A stretch of DNA of 52,838 nucleotides from an uncultured bacterium (GCA_963745135.1 CAVUWW010000013.1:1-52838); one strand, 5' to 3'. Counted from the stretch's first letter, positions 39,470-49,821 are shown. Translations and numbers: made by a program. The notes: generated by a model not told the origin, from the letters alone.

Positions 39470-39814
39470 ATGAGCACTATATTGAAAACGCTCAAATTTC
39501 GGTCTGCATTGGCGAAGCTCATCCTCGACGGCGAGAAGACCACGACGTGGCGGCTTTTTGACGACAAGGATTTGCAGGTTGGCGACGTTGTGGAACTTAT
39601 GAATTGGGAAACGCACGAGATTTTCGGGCGCGCCGTGATTACGGAAGTCGAGGAGAAACCAATCAATTATTTGAACGAAAAGGATTGGGAAGGGCACGAG
39701 CGATTCTTGAGCGACGCCGAGATGTACGCAAAATACCGCGAATATTATCCCGGCCGCGAAGTCGGTTCCAATACGCTCGTGAAAATCATCCATTTCGATC
39801 GCATTGAAAAATGA
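39470..39814 (+). CDS. ASCH-domain protein
   Basis: 114 aa. LKFRSALAKLILDGEKTTTWRLFDDKDLQVGDVVEL is a typical ASCH beta-barrel N-terminus. Confidence 0.7.
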   Translation: MSTILKTLKFRSALAKLILDGEKTTTWRLFDDKDLQVGDVVELMNWETHEIFGRAVITEVEEKPINYLNEKDWEGHERFLSDAEMYAKYREYYPGREVGSNTLVKIIHFDRIEK

Positions 39815-39821
39815 ACCTATT

Positions 39822-40232
39822 TTAATCTGTTTCTGCGAGAAAACCTTGCAATGTCTTATGGATCTCGCCTGCAAGTTTCCGCAACGCTTCGCGGCGCTTC
39901 CAAAATGAATTGTTTTCCGAGAGATCGTTTTTACGGATCAAGCCCAGCTCGCGGATTGCGACGTACCGGTCGTGGCCGAGGTCGTCCGTCGTGCGGATAT
40001 CAATGTCTTCGATGCCCTGATAAACCTGTTTCAGCACTGCGTACTTCGGGGAGATTTCCGCCGCGCGTTTCCCTTTTTTGCCGTCGCTGAAAAAGACGCC
40101 GAACGACGGCGTGGATTCCACATATTCCACGAAATCATGGAGCGTCACGAAAAATCGGTAGCTTGCGGGCGTTTCGCTAACCTTGCCGTATTTTTGGTCT
40201 AAAGCTAATTTTGTCTTGGTTGCCGATGCCAT
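39822..40232 (-). CDS. hypothetical protein
   Basis: 136-aa ORF with no recognised motif. A leaderless-type -10 box lies upstream. Confidence 0.55.
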   Translation of the reverse strand: MASATKTKLALDQKYGKVSETPASYRFFVTLHDFVEYVESTPSFGVFFSDGKKGKRAAEISPKYAVLKQVYQGIEDIDIRTTDDLGHDRYVAIRELGLIRKNDLSENNSFWKRREALRKLAGEIHKTLQGFLAETD

Positions 40233-40238
40233 CGCTCA

Positions 40239-40247
40239 ATGATAGCA
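40239..40247 (-). promoter_or_regulatory. extended -10 box TGcTATCAT, 6 nt before ATG 40232 (leaderless candidate)
   Basis: The minus strand reads aTGcTATCATtgagcgATG. Confidence 0.5.
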
Positions 40248-40281
40248 TGGATTTGGGATAATAGGTATATTTTTTTGCAAT

Positions 40282-41259
40282 ATGCTCATAGACGACGTAG
40301 CCATCAAAATATCGGCGGGACACGGCGGCAAAGGCGCGGCGGTTTTTAATTCGACGCTCATGGCGCTGGGGCCGGCGGGCGGTTCGGGCGGGCGTGGCGG
40401 GAACGTTCTAGCGGTCGGGGTTTCTGATATCAGCGCGCTGAACCAGTTTCGTTTCAAAAAGGAATTTAACGCGGAAAATGGCCGAGACGGACGGGGACAG
40501 TTCCGCGACGGGCATGTCGGAAAAGATTTGGTGATGAAGCTGCCGGTCGGCACGGTGGTATATAAATTGGGACATGGGACAGGGGACATGGGACGGGGTA
40601 TTGAAATCACGCACGTCGGCGAAACGGTTACGCTCGCGAAAGGCGGTCTCGGCGGCAAGGGGAATTTCCAGTTCCGCTCGGCGACGAACACCTCGCCCAC
40701 GCAGTTCCAATCCGGCTTGCCGGGCGAAAGCTTCGATTTGCGGTTGGAGCTGAAGCTCATCGCGGATGTCGGCTTTGTCGGTCTGCCGAACGCCGGCAAG
40801 TCAAGCATGCTGAATATGCTTACGAACGCGTCGAGCAAGGTGGCGAACTATCCGTTCACCACGCTCGAGCCGAATTTGGGCGTCTATTATGAATTGATTC
40901 TCGCCGACATTCCGGGACTTATCGAAGGATCGTCAGCGGGCAAGGGACTTGGCGTAAAATTTCTGCGTCACGTTGAGCGTACGAAAATCCTCTTCCATTT
41001 CGTTTCCGCCGAATCATCCGATCCGGAAAAGGATTACAAAACGATCCGCCGCGAGCTTGGCGCGTATAATAAAGAGCTTCTCGAAAAAACCGAATATCTT
41101 CTCCTCTCGAAAAGCGACCTCGCGGAGAAAAAAGAATTGAAGGAGAAGCTTGAGATCCTCAAAAAATTGAACCCGACCGCAATCGCGGTTTCCGTGAACG
41201 ATCCAGAAAGCGTGAAGAAGGTGGAGAAGATATTAAATCAGATCAAGGTGGAAAAGTGA
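40282..41259 (+). CDS. obg: GTPase Obg/CgtA
   Basis: 325 aa with a Gly-rich Obg fold N-terminus (GHGGKGAA, GGSGGRGG), G1 GLPNAGKSS and G3 DIPGLIEG. Confidence 0.9.
   Translation: MLIDDVAIKISAGHGGKGAAVFNSTLMALGPAGGSGGRGGNVLAVGVSDISALNQFRFKKEFNAENGRDGRGQFRDGHVGKDLVMKLPVGTVVYKLGHGTGDMGRGIEITHVGETVTLAKGGLGGKGNFQFRSATNTSPTQFQSGLPGESFDLRLELKLIADVGFVGLPNAGKSSMLNMLTNASSKVANYPFTTLEPNLGVYYELILADIPGLIEGSSAGKGLGVKFLRHVERTKILFHFVSAESSDPEKDYKTIRRELGAYNKELLEKTEYLLLSKSDLAEKKELKEKLEILKKLNPTAIAVSVNDPESVKKVEKILNQIKVEK
40569..40596 (+). repeat. intragenic tandem heptamer GGGACAK x4 inside obg
   Basis: Sequence gggacat gggacag gggacat gggacgg, encoding LGHGTGDMGRG. It also fits a four-G-run quadruplex pattern. 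Confidence 0.9.
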
Positions 41260-41265
41260 TGAATT

Positions 41266-41274
41266 TGGTATACT
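41266..41274 (+). promoter_or_regulatory. extended -10 box TGgTATACT, 10 nt before ATG 41285
   Basis: Sequence tTGgTATACTtcacagaacaATG. Confidence 0.45.
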
Positions 41275-41284
41275 TCACAGAACA

Positions 41285-43217
41285 ATGGCGAACAGGGCAG
41301 AATTTTTGAATTTGAATCCAAAATCGGCTCGGGAAATTTTATGGAAGACGAACACGGCTTTGCGTTCGGCGGAAAAGGAATTGGCGGCAATCGCGGACGT
41401 ACCGAAAAAAGGGAAGCGCACGGTCGCGAATACTTTCGAGCCGTTAAACCGGGTTTCGATGATTATTGCCGAAGCGCGCAACCGGGCGTCACTTTTTTCC
41501 GCTGCGCATCCGGATTCGAAGATCCGCGCGGCGGCGGAAAAGGCCACGCAGAAGCTCGCGGAATTTTTTCCGAGGATCTATTTGCGGCGCGACATTTATG
41601 AAGCGGTGCAAAGCGTTTCGCCGGAGGGACTTGATGCGGAAGCGAAACGGTTCCGTGAAAAGGAATTGCTGGATTTCAAGCTGACCGGCGTGGACAAGTC
41701 CGCGGACGTGCGGCGTGAAATTCAGCGGCTGACGCGGCGCGGCGTGAAGCTCGGGCAGGCATTCGACCGGAACATCAAAAATGATGTCCGATATGTCGAT
41801 TTGAAGCCAAGCGAACTTGAAGGGCTGCCGGAAGATTATCGGAAAGCGCACGCGCCTAATAAGCACGGCATGGTTCGCCTCTCGACGCAGTATCCGGATT
41901 ATCTGCCGTTCATGCAATACGCGAAGAGCGACGGCGCGCGGCGGCGTTTCAATTTTCTCTTTTTGAACCGTGGCTGGCCGAAGAATGACAAGGTGTTCCG
42001 CGAGCTTTTGGCCGTCCGCCGGCGGCAGGCGCGGCTTTTGGGATTCAAGGATTGGGCGGATTACGCCACGGTGGAAAAGATGACCGGCTCGGCGAAAATC
42101 GTGCAGGCGTTTCTGGATCAAGTTGATCGGCTGACAAAAATACGCGCGGATCGCGACTACCAACTTTTGCTTGCACGAAAACGAAAAGACGACCCAAAAG
42201 CGAAGTCGATCGGCTCATGGGAATCAGTGTATTACGATAATTTGGTTGCGAAAGAAAAAATCGGCTTTGATTCGAAAGAGGTCAGAAATTATTTCCAGTT
42301 CAAAAAAGTGAAAGCGGGGGTTTTGAAAACGGCGGCACGGCTGTTCGGACTGGATTGTCAGCGGGTAAAAGCGTCGGTGTGGCACAAAGATGCCGAGGCA
42401 TTTAACGTGTTTCGCGGAAGAAAGCTTATCGGCCTCTTTTATCTCGATCTCCACCCGCGCACGGGCAAATATGGCCACGCGGCGTGCTTTGACATTCGGC
42501 CGGGCATTCATAGCAAACAGCTTCCCGAGGCGGCGCTGATTTGCAATTTTTCAAAAGAACTGATGAGCCACGACGAGGTCACGACTTTTTTCCACGAGTT
42601 CGGGCATCTTGTCCATTTCATATTGGGCGGCGACCAGCGATGGGCGCGCTACAGCGGTTTTGCGACGGAATGGGATTTCGTCGAGGCGCCGTCGCAGATG
42701 CTCGAGTCGTGGGCGCTTGACTTCGGCACCTTGCGGCAATTTGCTTTCCATCACAAGACCGGAAAGCCGATATCCCGCGATTTGGTCAGCCGCATGCAGA
42801 AAGCCGAAAATTCCGGGAAAGGGATTTGGCAGCGGACAGCAGCTTTTTTACGCGGCGCTGTCGCTGCATTACCACCAGGAACTGTCACCTGCGCGCGCGG
42901 ATTTGCTCGGCATCATGCTGCGCGAGCGGAAAAAATTCAGCCCGTTCGGCTATTTGCCCGGGACGCATCTGCATGCAAGCTTCGGCCATCTGAACGGCTA
43001 CTCGGCGCTTTATTACACCTATACATGGTCGCGCGCCATCGCGGAGGACATCCTGACGCCTTTCCGAAAGAAAGGCATGTATGACCGCGCGACCGCGAAA
43101 AGATATGCCGAGCTGATTCTGGCGCGGGGCGGTTCAAAAGACGCGCGCGAATTGCTGAAGGATTTCCTCGGGCGCGAGTGGAATCTTGAAGCATTCCGGA
43201 GGTGGTTGAAGAAATAG
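41285..43217 (+). pseudogene. M3-family zinc metallopeptidase (oligopeptidase), interrupted by a +1 frame break
   Basis: HEFGHLVH is in ORF 41285..43084. The conserved C-terminus QQLFYAALSLHYHQ...to the end is in ORF 42609..43217. The frames must join between about 42800 and 42840. Confidence 0.75.
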
Positions 43218-43232
43218 GGTTTCATAACAATC

Positions 43233-43258
43233 AAAAACCGCACTTTCGCGCGGTTTTT
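43233..43258. terminator. bidirectional intrinsic terminator
   Basis: Stem aaaaaccgc / gcggttttt with an 8-nt loop, flanked by an A-run and a T-run. Confidence 0.7.
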
Positions 43259-43282
43259 GAACTGGTGGCATAAGGATGCCAC

Positions 43283-43297
43283 GCCAGCCTGTCACCT
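43283..43297 (+). repeat. 15-nt copy of the tRNA-Asp anticodon arm, inverted relative to the gene
   Basis: gccagcctgtcacct is identical to tRNA positions 27-41, including the extra loop base. Confidence 0.8.
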
Positions 43298-43353
43298 TGA
43301 TATTCATAGTACGCGCGTTTTTATGGATGTCAAGCATCCGGAGTCCGCCAACG

Positions 43354-43426
43354 TGGACCGGCGGAGAGTCGAACTCCGATCTGCCAGGTGACAGGCTGGC
43401 CGTGTTACCCTTATCACCACCGGCCC
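43354..43426 (-). tRNA. tRNA-Asp-like (GUC) with an 8-nt anticodon loop
   Basis: Hand-folded: acceptor GGGCCGG/CCGGUCC, T-arm CGGAG-UUCGACU-CUCCG, perfect 5-bp anticodon stem GCCAG/CUGGC enclosing CCUGUCAC (8 nt). Confidence 0.75.
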
Positions 43427-43556
43427 AGCATTTGGCTTTTGAAATATAACATTGCCGATATGAAATTTAGATAAAGAAAAGATAAAAATTTTATGAAGAT
43501 GGCAAAATGACTACAGCCCTCATAAAATAAGCGAAAACAGGTCGTTTAATTTTCGA

Positions 43557-44894
43557 ATGGTATGTGTCCACGCTACTTCGAGGGCGGAATTGCCCTATCA
43601 GCTTTCCCATTTTCGGTTTAATATGGAGTTGATGGAAAAGCCCGAAAATCTGAATACTGGGTCGGCACGGTTTTGGGTCATCGCCGCCGTCGTTTTTTTG
43701 TTCGCCGCTGTGGCGGTTTTTTGGATGGTCCGGTATCCGCGGGTTGCGGTCGTGAAAAGCGGCGTTCCGGTTTCGGCGGCAAGCTCTTCGACTGCCGTGT
43801 TGGGATCTTTAACGGCGAGTTCATCGGTTGCGTTTGGCAATTCTTCAGCGACGGATTCTTTTGGGACAGACGCAAGCGGCGCACCGGAGATTCCGGACAT
43901 TTTATCATTCATCAACACTTCAACGCCGGTGAACACGGCTGCCTATGACGCGAAGATGTTGCAGCTGGCGAATCTGCCGCCGCGCGTCATCAAATACGAG
44001 GTTTCGAGCACCGTCGCGACTTCGGGATTCGTGATGGCGACGCGGACAGTGCCGGGCGTCTCAACGCTGTGGCCGGTATCAACTGCGCGGGCGCCGTATC
44101 CGAACGCTGGCGCGATACTGCCTTTCAATCGCATCGTGGCGTATTACGGAAATTTTTATTCGGCGCAGATGGGCGTGCTTGGCGAGTATCCGCCGGCGCA
44201 AGTTTTGCAAATGCTTGCGAGCACGACGGCGGCTTGGGCGGCGGCCGATCCAACGACGCCGGTGATTCCAGCCATCCAATACATCGCGGTGACGGCACAG
44301 GGGAGTCCGGGGCCGGACGGCAAATACCGGCTGCGGATGCCGGCTGACCAGATCGAGAAGGCGATCAGCATGGCGGCGCAGGTGAACGGGCTCGTGTTCC
44401 TCGACGTGCAGGTCGGTTTGAGCAACGTCGAGACGGAAGTGCCGCTGCTCGCGTCATATCTGAAGTTGCCGCAGGTGGAATTGGCAATTGATCCGGAGTT
44501 CGCAATGCATGACGGCGAGCGGCCAGGAACGGTAATCGGCACGATGGATGCGGCGGATATCAATTGGGCGGCGCAGTATTTGGCGAATATCGTGCATGAC
44601 AACAATCTGCCACCGAAAATTCTCGTCGTCCACCGCTTCACCGAAGACATGGTGACGAATTATAAGAAAATCCAGCCGCTGCCCGAGGTGCAGATTGTTA
44701 TGGACATGGACGGCTTCGGCTTCCCGGCAAAAAAAATAAACACGTATGCGCAAGTGATCGTGCCGGAGCCGGTGCAGTTCACGGGGTTCAAACTTTTTTA
44801 TAAAAACGACATTAAAGGTCCGCTCGGGCACCTCATGACGCCGAGCGAAGTTTTGAAGCTAAGCCCGCAGCCGAGTTATATCCAGTACCAATAA
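43557..44894 (+). CDS. membrane-anchored protein of unknown function
   Basis: 445-aa ORF with a TM helix [20 protein letters not shown]. An alternative start is at 43623. No motif recognised. Confidence 0.6.
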   Translation: MVCVHATSRAELPYQLSHFRFNMELMEKPENLNTGSARFWVIAAVVFLFAAVAVFWMVRYPRVAVVKSGVPVSAASSSTAVLGSLTASSSVAFGNSSATDSFGTDASGAPEIPDILSFINTSTPVNTAAYDAKMLQLANLPPRVIKYEVSSTVATSGFVMATRTVPGVSTLWPVSTARAPYPNAGAILPFNRIVAYYGNFYSAQMGVLGEYPPAQVLQMLASTTAAWAAADPTTPVIPAIQYIAVTAQGSPGPDGKYRLRMPADQIEKAISMAAQVNGLVFLDVQVGLSNVETEVPLLASYLKLPQVELAIDPEFAMHDGERPGTVIGTMDAADINWAAQYLANIVHDNNLPPKILVVHRFTEDMVTNYKKIQPLPEVQIVMDMDGFGFPAKKINTYAQVIVPEPVQFTGFKLFYKNDIKGPLGHLMTPSEVLKLSPQPSYIQYQ

Positions 44895-44943
44895 TTCGTG
44901 CTACTCCTCACGCAGATTCATTTCCAATTTAAAAGGACAACGG

Positions 44944-44952
44944 TGCTACAAT
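44944..44952 (+). promoter_or_regulatory. extended -10 box TGcTACAAT, 6 nt before ATG 44959 (leaderless candidate)
   Basis: Sequence gTGcTACAATggagctATG. Confidence 0.55.
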
Positions 44953-44958
44953 GGAGCT

Positions 44959-46362
44959 ATGCCAAGAAAAACTGTTAACTTTGGAAACCTAAAATCCCGG
45001 CCGACAGCCGCAGCGCGACTGTTCTGTAGCGAAGTGGTCGACCAGGCGATTGTTGACATCAGCACGGAAATCAAAGACCCGGCCATTCGCCGGATGTTCA
45101 GCCAGTGTTTGCCGAACACGCTTGACACGACGGTGCATTATCGCGAAGACGAGCGCGGCAATCCGGACAGCTTCGTTTCAACCGGCGATATCCCGGCGAT
45201 GTGGCTGCGCGATTCGACCAGCCAGGTCTGGCCGTATCTACGGCTCATCAGCAATGCCCCGGAAATAAAGGATCTTTTTGTCGGCCTCATCATGCGCCAG
45301 GTAAAAAGTATTCTCATTGATCCATACGCAAACGCTTTCACCGATCCTCTCGCCCCGTGCAAAAAAAGAAATCCGTGGTGGCCGAAAGGGGATGCTTGGA
45401 AAAAAGGAGTGTGGGAGCGGAAGTATGAGCTCGACAGCCTTTGCTCATTTTTTCGCCTTGCGGTTGGTTACCATGAAGTGACGAAGGATCTCCTGCCTTT
45501 CAATCGCACTTGGACGAAGGCCGTTGGGAGCGCCATCAAGGTCATACAGCGCGAACAAGAGACGCTTGACAAATCTACAGTGCTCGCTGCCGGCGAAAAA
45601 AGTATGTATAAATTTTTTGGTCCCGACGGGAAACCGCATCCGGCGGTTCGGGTGCGGGGCTATGGCTATCCCGGGAAAAGATCCGGCTTGAGCCGTACGG
45701 TTTTCCGACCGTCCGATGATGAGGCCGTGTTTCCCTATTTGATTCCGGCCAATGCGATGGCGGTGGTTAATTTGCGCGGCGTCGCAAAAATATTGAAGCT
45801 AACCAAGCAGCCGAAACTGGCGAACGTCGCCCTGCGGCTTGCCCAAGAAATCAATGAAGGGATCAAAAAGCATGGCATCGTAAAACGCGAAAAGTTCGGT
45901 AAAGTTTTCGCATTTGAAGCGGATGGCTTTGGTTCGGCGTGTATTATGGATGATCCGAATGTGCCGAGCCTGCTCAGCTTGCCGTATCTGGGATATTGTT
46001 CTGCTGACGACTCTGTTTACGCCGCGACGCGGAAATTGATTTTGAGTGATGCGAATCCGTTTTACGCGAAAGGCCGTGTGGCATCGGGGATGACGAGTCC
46101 GCACACTGGCGTGCTCGACCACATCTGGCCGATTGGGACGATCATGCAGGCGATGACATCGGATGATGAAAGAGAGATTGCCCGCTGCCTGAAAATTCTC
46201 AAGAATACGCACGGAGGAACTTACTTTATTCATGAAAGCGTGAATGTTGATAATCCAAAAGACTATACGCGCCCGTGGTTTGGATGGGCGAATTCGCTCT
46301 TCGGGGAATTGATTCTTGAGCTGCGGGAGAAACATCCGAAGATGCTCACGAAAATATTTTGA
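44959..46362 (+). CDS. glycoside hydrolase family 125 (DUF1237, exo-alpha-1,6-mannosidase-like)
   Basis: 467 aa. The [21 protein letters not shown] signature matches my recollection of GH125. Confidence 0.75.
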   Translation: MPRKTVNFGNLKSRPTAAARLFCSEVVDQAIVDISTEIKDPAIRRMFSQCLPNTLDTTVHYREDERGNPDSFVSTGDIPAMWLRDSTSQVWPYLRLISNAPEIKDLFVGLIMRQVKSILIDPYANAFTDPLAPCKKRNPWWPKGDAWKKGVWERKYELDSLCSFFRLAVGYHEVTKDLLPFNRTWTKAVGSAIKVIQREQETLDKSTVLAAGEKSMYKFFGPDGKPHPAVRVRGYGYPGKRSGLSRTVFRPSDDEAVFPYLIPANAMAVVNLRGVAKILKLTKQPKLANVALRLAQEINEGIKKHGIVKREKFGKVFAFEADGFGSACIMDDPNVPSLLSLPYLGYCSADDSVYAATRKLILSDANPFYAKGRVASGMTSPHTGVLDHIWPIGTIMQAMTSDDEREIARCLKILKNTHGGTYFIHESVNVDNPKDYTRPWFGWANSLFGELILELREKHPKMLTKIF

Positions 46363-46367
46363 CGGCG

Positions 46368-46393
46368 CCCGCACTCTTTTGTGCGGGTTTTTT
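46368..46393 (+). terminator. intrinsic terminator
   Basis: Stem cccgcac / gtgcggg, then tttttt. Confidence 0.7.
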
Positions 46394-46421
46394 ATCCAAT
46401 TGCGAATTACTTGCAAATAAC

Positions 46422-46451
46422 TTGACCCACACCATCGGTGGATGGGACAAT
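46422..46451 (+). promoter_or_regulatory. promoter TTGACC, 18 nt spacer, GACAAT, 7 nt before ATG 46459
   Basis: -35 box at 46422..46427 and -10 box at 46446..46451. Confidence 0.45.
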
Positions 46452-46458
46452 GGGAAGT

Positions 46459-47388
46459 ATGAGGAGAGTTATTTTGATCTGGATCGTGGTCGCGGTCATT
46501 GCTGTCGTTGGTCTTGGCTGGCTGGCATTTCGCGGTGGCAGCCCTGTTGCCGGTGCTCCGGCGTCTGGCGGCGTCTTGCAGATCGTCGCCGCCGAAAATT
46601 TTTGGGGTAGCTTGGTTTCGCAGCTCGGCGGCTCGCACGTGCGGGTCTTGAGCGTTGTGTCCGACCCGAACGCCGATCCGCATGAATATGAAAGCGACGC
46701 GAATGACGCGCGCGCGGTTGCTACGGCGAATTACATTATCGAGAATGGCGCGGGGTACGACAGTTGGATGGACAAATTGATCGGCGCTGGCTCGAATCCG
46801 AACCGCACAGTGCTCGACGTAGCGTCGCTTCTCGGAAAAAAGGAAGGCGATAATCCCCATTTTTGGTACAATCCCGATTATGTCAATCAGGTAATCGCGC
46901 AAATGGAGCAGGATCTCATCGCGCTCGATCCGGCAGATTCTTCCTATTATAAGGAGCAGTACGCCGCGCTTCAGGCATCACTCGCGCCGTATCAAACTCG
47001 TATCGCAAGTATCAAGCAGCAGTTCGGCGGCGCGAAAGTCGCGGCGACGGAGGACATTTTCGCTTATCTCGCGGACGCAGCCGGCCTCGATCTTGTTTCG
47101 CCACTGGCGTTCACGCAGGCCGTGGCGGAAGGCAATGACCCGCCGGCCTCGAGCATCGTGGAATTCGAGAATCAGCTCAAGGGCGGCGGCATCCAAATGC
47201 TGGCGTATAATGGACAGACCGTGACGCCGCTCACCGACAGCATGAAAAAGCTTGCCGCAGACCAAGGCATACCCGTCGTCGGCGTCACTGAAACGATCCA
47301 GCCGCCGGATGTTTCATTCCAAGACTGGATGGACGCGCAGCTGATCGAATTGCAAAACGCTTTGAATGCAAAAACACTCGGGCAATGA
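46459..47388 (+). CDS. metal (Zn/Mn-type) ABC transporter substrate-binding protein
   Basis: Start moved to MRRVILIWIVVAVIAVVGLG. TroA/ZnuA-like with DPNADPHEYE. The ORF track starts at GTG 46438. Confidence 0.8.
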   Translation: MRRVILIWIVVAVIAVVGLGWLAFRGGSPVAGAPASGGVLQIVAAENFWGSLVSQLGGSHVRVLSVVSDPNADPHEYESDANDARAVATANYIIENGAGYDSWMDKLIGAGSNPNRTVLDVASLLGKKEGDNPHFWYNPDYVNQVIAQMEQDLIALDPADSSYYKEQYAALQASLAPYQTRIASIKQQFGGAKVAATEDIFAYLADAAGLDLVSPLAFTQAVAEGNDPPASSIVEFENQLKGGGIQMLAYNGQTVTPLTDSMKKLAADQGIPVVGVTETIQPPDVSFQDWMDAQLIELQNALNAKTLGQ

Positions 47389-47398
47389 AAAATAAAAC

Positions 47399-48220
47399 AT
47401 GACCGCTGATTCCGTCATCGCCGCTGAAAATTTGGCGGGAGGATATCCGTCGAACGTCATTTGGAAGGGCGCTGATTTCTCCGTCGGGCAAGGGGAGTTC
47501 GTCGCCGTGCTCGGACCGAACGGCGCTGGCAAGACGACGCTCTTCCGCCTGCTGCTCGGGCTCGCACAGCCGCTCGGTGGCACTTTGAATGTCTTTGGCA
47601 AAGCCCCGCGGCGCGGCAATCCGCGTATCGGCTACGTGCCGCAGCAGCATCCGATAGACAGCGAGACGGGCGTCGAGGCGCTCGAACTCGTGCGGCTCGG
47701 GCTTGACGGGAACCGTTGGGGGATCGGCTCGGCAAAACAGGCGACCGAAGCGGCGCTCGCGGCACTTCGCACTGTCGGCGCGGAAGAATTGGCACATCGC
47801 CCACTCGGCGCGCTCTCGGGCGGGGAGTTGCAGCGCATATTCCTCGCAGAGGCCTTGATCGGAAAGCCGGACCTGCTCCTGCTCGACGAGCCGCTTGCGA
47901 ACCTCGACATGCGCCGCGAGGCGAATCTCGCGCAGCTCATCGCTGGCATCGTTCGTTCGCGCGGCGTTACGGTTCTTTTGATCGCCCACAACATCAATCC
48001 GCTTTTGCCGGTGCTCGACCGCGTCATCTATGTCGCGAACGGCCGGATCATGAACGGCACGCTGTCGGAGGTCATCACTTCAAAGTCGCTCACCGACCTC
48101 TACGGAATTCCAATTGAAGTTTTGAAAGATTCGCGCGGCAGGATTGCCATCATCGGCATGGACGAGGCGCCCGAGCATGAGCACCATATTCATAGCAATC
48201 GCGACATCCCACATCCATGA
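47399..48220 (+). CDS. metal ABC transporter ATP-binding protein
   Basis: Walker A GPNGAGKTTL, signature LSGGELQR and Walker B LLLLDEP. Confidence 0.9.
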   Translation: MTADSVIAAENLAGGYPSNVIWKGADFSVGQGEFVAVLGPNGAGKTTLFRLLLGLAQPLGGTLNVFGKAPRRGNPRIGYVPQQHPIDSETGVEALELVRLGLDGNRWGIGSAKQATEAALAALRTVGAEELAHRPLGALSGGELQRIFLAEALIGKPDLLLLDEPLANLDMRREANLAQLIAGIVRSRGVTVLLIAHNINPLLPVLDRVIYVANGRIMNGTLSEVITSKSLTDLYGIPIEVLKDSRGRIAIIGMDEAPEHEHHIHSNRDIPHP

Positions 48221-49086
48221 TTAGCGCCGCATTCAGCTTTAATATTCTCGCCGACCTGCAATCAATGTGGCAGTACGATTTTATGCGGCATGCGTTCGAG
48301 GCGGGAACGATCGTCGCGATTATTGCCGGGATCATCGGCTACTTCATCGTTTTGCGGCGGTCGTCATTCGCCGCGCACGCGCTGTCGCATATCGGTTTCG
48401 CCGGAGCCGCCGGCGCCGTCCTCCTGGGCGTGAATCCGATCATCGGGCTCCTCGTCTTCACGAGCGGCGGCGGCTTCGCCATGGCGACCTTGGGCCGCAA
48501 AGCCGCGAGCCGCGATGTGCAGATCGGAACCGTGCTGGCGTTTATGCTTGGCCTCGGTGTCCTCTTCATCAGCCTGTATTCCGGCTACGCCACGGAGGCT
48601 TACTCGCTTTTGTTCGGTGAAATTTTGGGGATCAGCAGCGGCGACGTGCTCGTAACGCTCGTCGCGGCGCTCGTTCTTCTCGCAGCAGTCGCGGTTGCGT
48701 ATCGTCCGCTCCTTTTCACATCGCTTGACGAAGACGTCGCGGAAGCGAAAGGCGTGCCGATTTTCTGGATAGGCGTCCTCTTTATGCTGCTCGTCGCCGT
48801 CGCGACCTCCATTGCCGTGCAGGTGGTCGGTGTCCTCTTGATCTTCGCGCTCATGGTTACTCCCGCTGCGGTCGCGCAGCGCCTTGCCCGCCGCCCCGCG
48901 CAGGGGATTCTTGTTTCAGTGCTCATAGCATTGTTCGCCACCTGGTTTGGGCTGTTCATTTCGTTCTACGTGCCGTATCCCGTGAGTTTTTTCATAACAA
49001 CCATAACCTTCGCGGCGTATCTGGCCGTGAGGTTATCGCAGTCGGCGAAAGTTCGCAATGCGCGAGCGGCGGCGCAGCTGTTTTGA
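48217..49086 (+). CDS. metal ABC transporter permease (ABC-3 family)
   Basis: 289 aa, polytopic. It overlaps the ATPase gene by 4 nt. Confidence 0.85.
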   Translation: MISAAFSFNILADLQSMWQYDFMRHAFEAGTIVAIIAGIIGYFIVLRRSSFAAHALSHIGFAGAAGAVLLGVNPIIGLLVFTSGGGFAMATLGRKAASRDVQIGTVLAFMLGLGVLFISLYSGYATEAYSLLFGEILGISSGDVLVTLVAALVLLAAVAVAYRPLLFTSLDEDVAEAKGVPIFWIGVLFMLLVAVATSIAVQVVGVLLIFALMVTPAAVAQRLARRPAQGILVSVLIALFATWFGLFISFYVPYPVSFFITTITFAAYLAVRLSQSAKVRNARAAAQLF

Positions 49087-49104
49087 CGAACCTATCTGGG
49101 GATT

Positions 49105-49362
49105 TTGATCATCGTGCCGTTCCTGACGGACGCGAAAAGCGACCCGTTCGTCAAGTTTCACATAAAGCAGGGCCTCGTGCTCATTATCTTCGAGATCATC
49201 ACGTGGTTTATTGAAATCATTCCGGTCATTGGCTATTTGATCGGATGGATCTTCTGGCTTGTGACGATCATTTTCATCATCGTCGGCGTCATGAATGCGT
49301 CGCAGAAAAAGGAACAGGAATTGCCGCTCATCGGCGGCTATGCGAAGAATTTCAATTTTTAG
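49105..49362 (+). CDS. small membrane protein (DUF4870-like), non-ATG start
   Basis: DPFVKFHIKQGLVLIIFEII followed by two TM helices. The frame is open only from 49087, so the start must be a TTG/CTG/GTG codon. Confidence 0.5.
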   Translation: MIIVPFLTDAKSDPFVKFHIKQGLVLIIFEIITWFIEIIPVIGYLIGWIFWLVTIIFIIVGVMNASQKKEQELPLIGGYAKNFNF

Positions 49363-49387
49363 GATCGGTTTGGTTCGCCGTAATCCG

Positions 49388-49417
49388 AAAGCGTCGATTT
49401 CGAGATCGGCGCTTTTT
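49388..49417 (+). terminator. intrinsic terminator
   Basis: Stem gcgtcgat / atcggcgc flanked by AAA and TTTTT. Confidence 0.65.
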
Positions 49418-49426
49418 GGAATTTTT

Positions 49427-49460
49427 TCATTTGCTCATTCGAACGAATGAACGAATGAGA
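49427..49460. repeat. degenerate copy of the TCATTTGCTCATTCG...CGAATGA palindrome
   Basis: Sequence tcatttgctcattcgaacgaatgaacgaatgaga. Confidence 0.7.
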
Positions 49461-49650
49461 TTTTCGAAAATTCCCCGGGATAGGCGAGTTTAAAGACGGT
49501 CTTCGCCGTGAAAGCTGTCTTCTCGACCCGCAAAAACCAACATTAAATTTTAATGAAGTGAATTATTAAATTTTGATTAAAAGAAACTTGCAAATTGATT
49601 TTTACCTTATACGCTTTAGGAAAGGCCGAAAAAAATATCAAAAATCCGCA

Positions 49651-49812
49651 ATGGACAACAACAACGGCGAGAAAAAGCGGTTTGCGGGGAACTGGAAGTG
49701 CGCGAAGTGCGGGGCGGAGATCACCTCGCTCCCATTCGAGCCGAAAGGCAAGAGCGTGGAGCGCCTGCAGTGCGTGGAGTGTTATAAGAAGAGCAAGGAG
49801 GCGGAGGAATAG
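49651..49812 (+). CDS. small zinc-ribbon protein
   Basis: Start moved to MDNNNGEKKRF (53 aa). Contains CAKCG...17 aa...CVEC. Confidence 0.6.
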   Translation: MDNNNGEKKRFAGNWKCAKCGAEITSLPFEPKGKSVERLQCVECYKKSKEAEE

Positions 49813-49821
49813 GGGATAGAT

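Noticed and set aside
43354-43426. The expanded-loop tRNA-Asp as the agent that rescues the +1 frame breaks in pilT, parA and the M3 peptidase.
   Set aside because: The pilT and parA breaks are at glycine GGG-G runs and the M3 break is not pinned to a codon; none is seen at a GAY Asp codon. The HAD gene needs the opposite shift. Homopolymer length error explains the pilT, parA and HAD breaks more simply.
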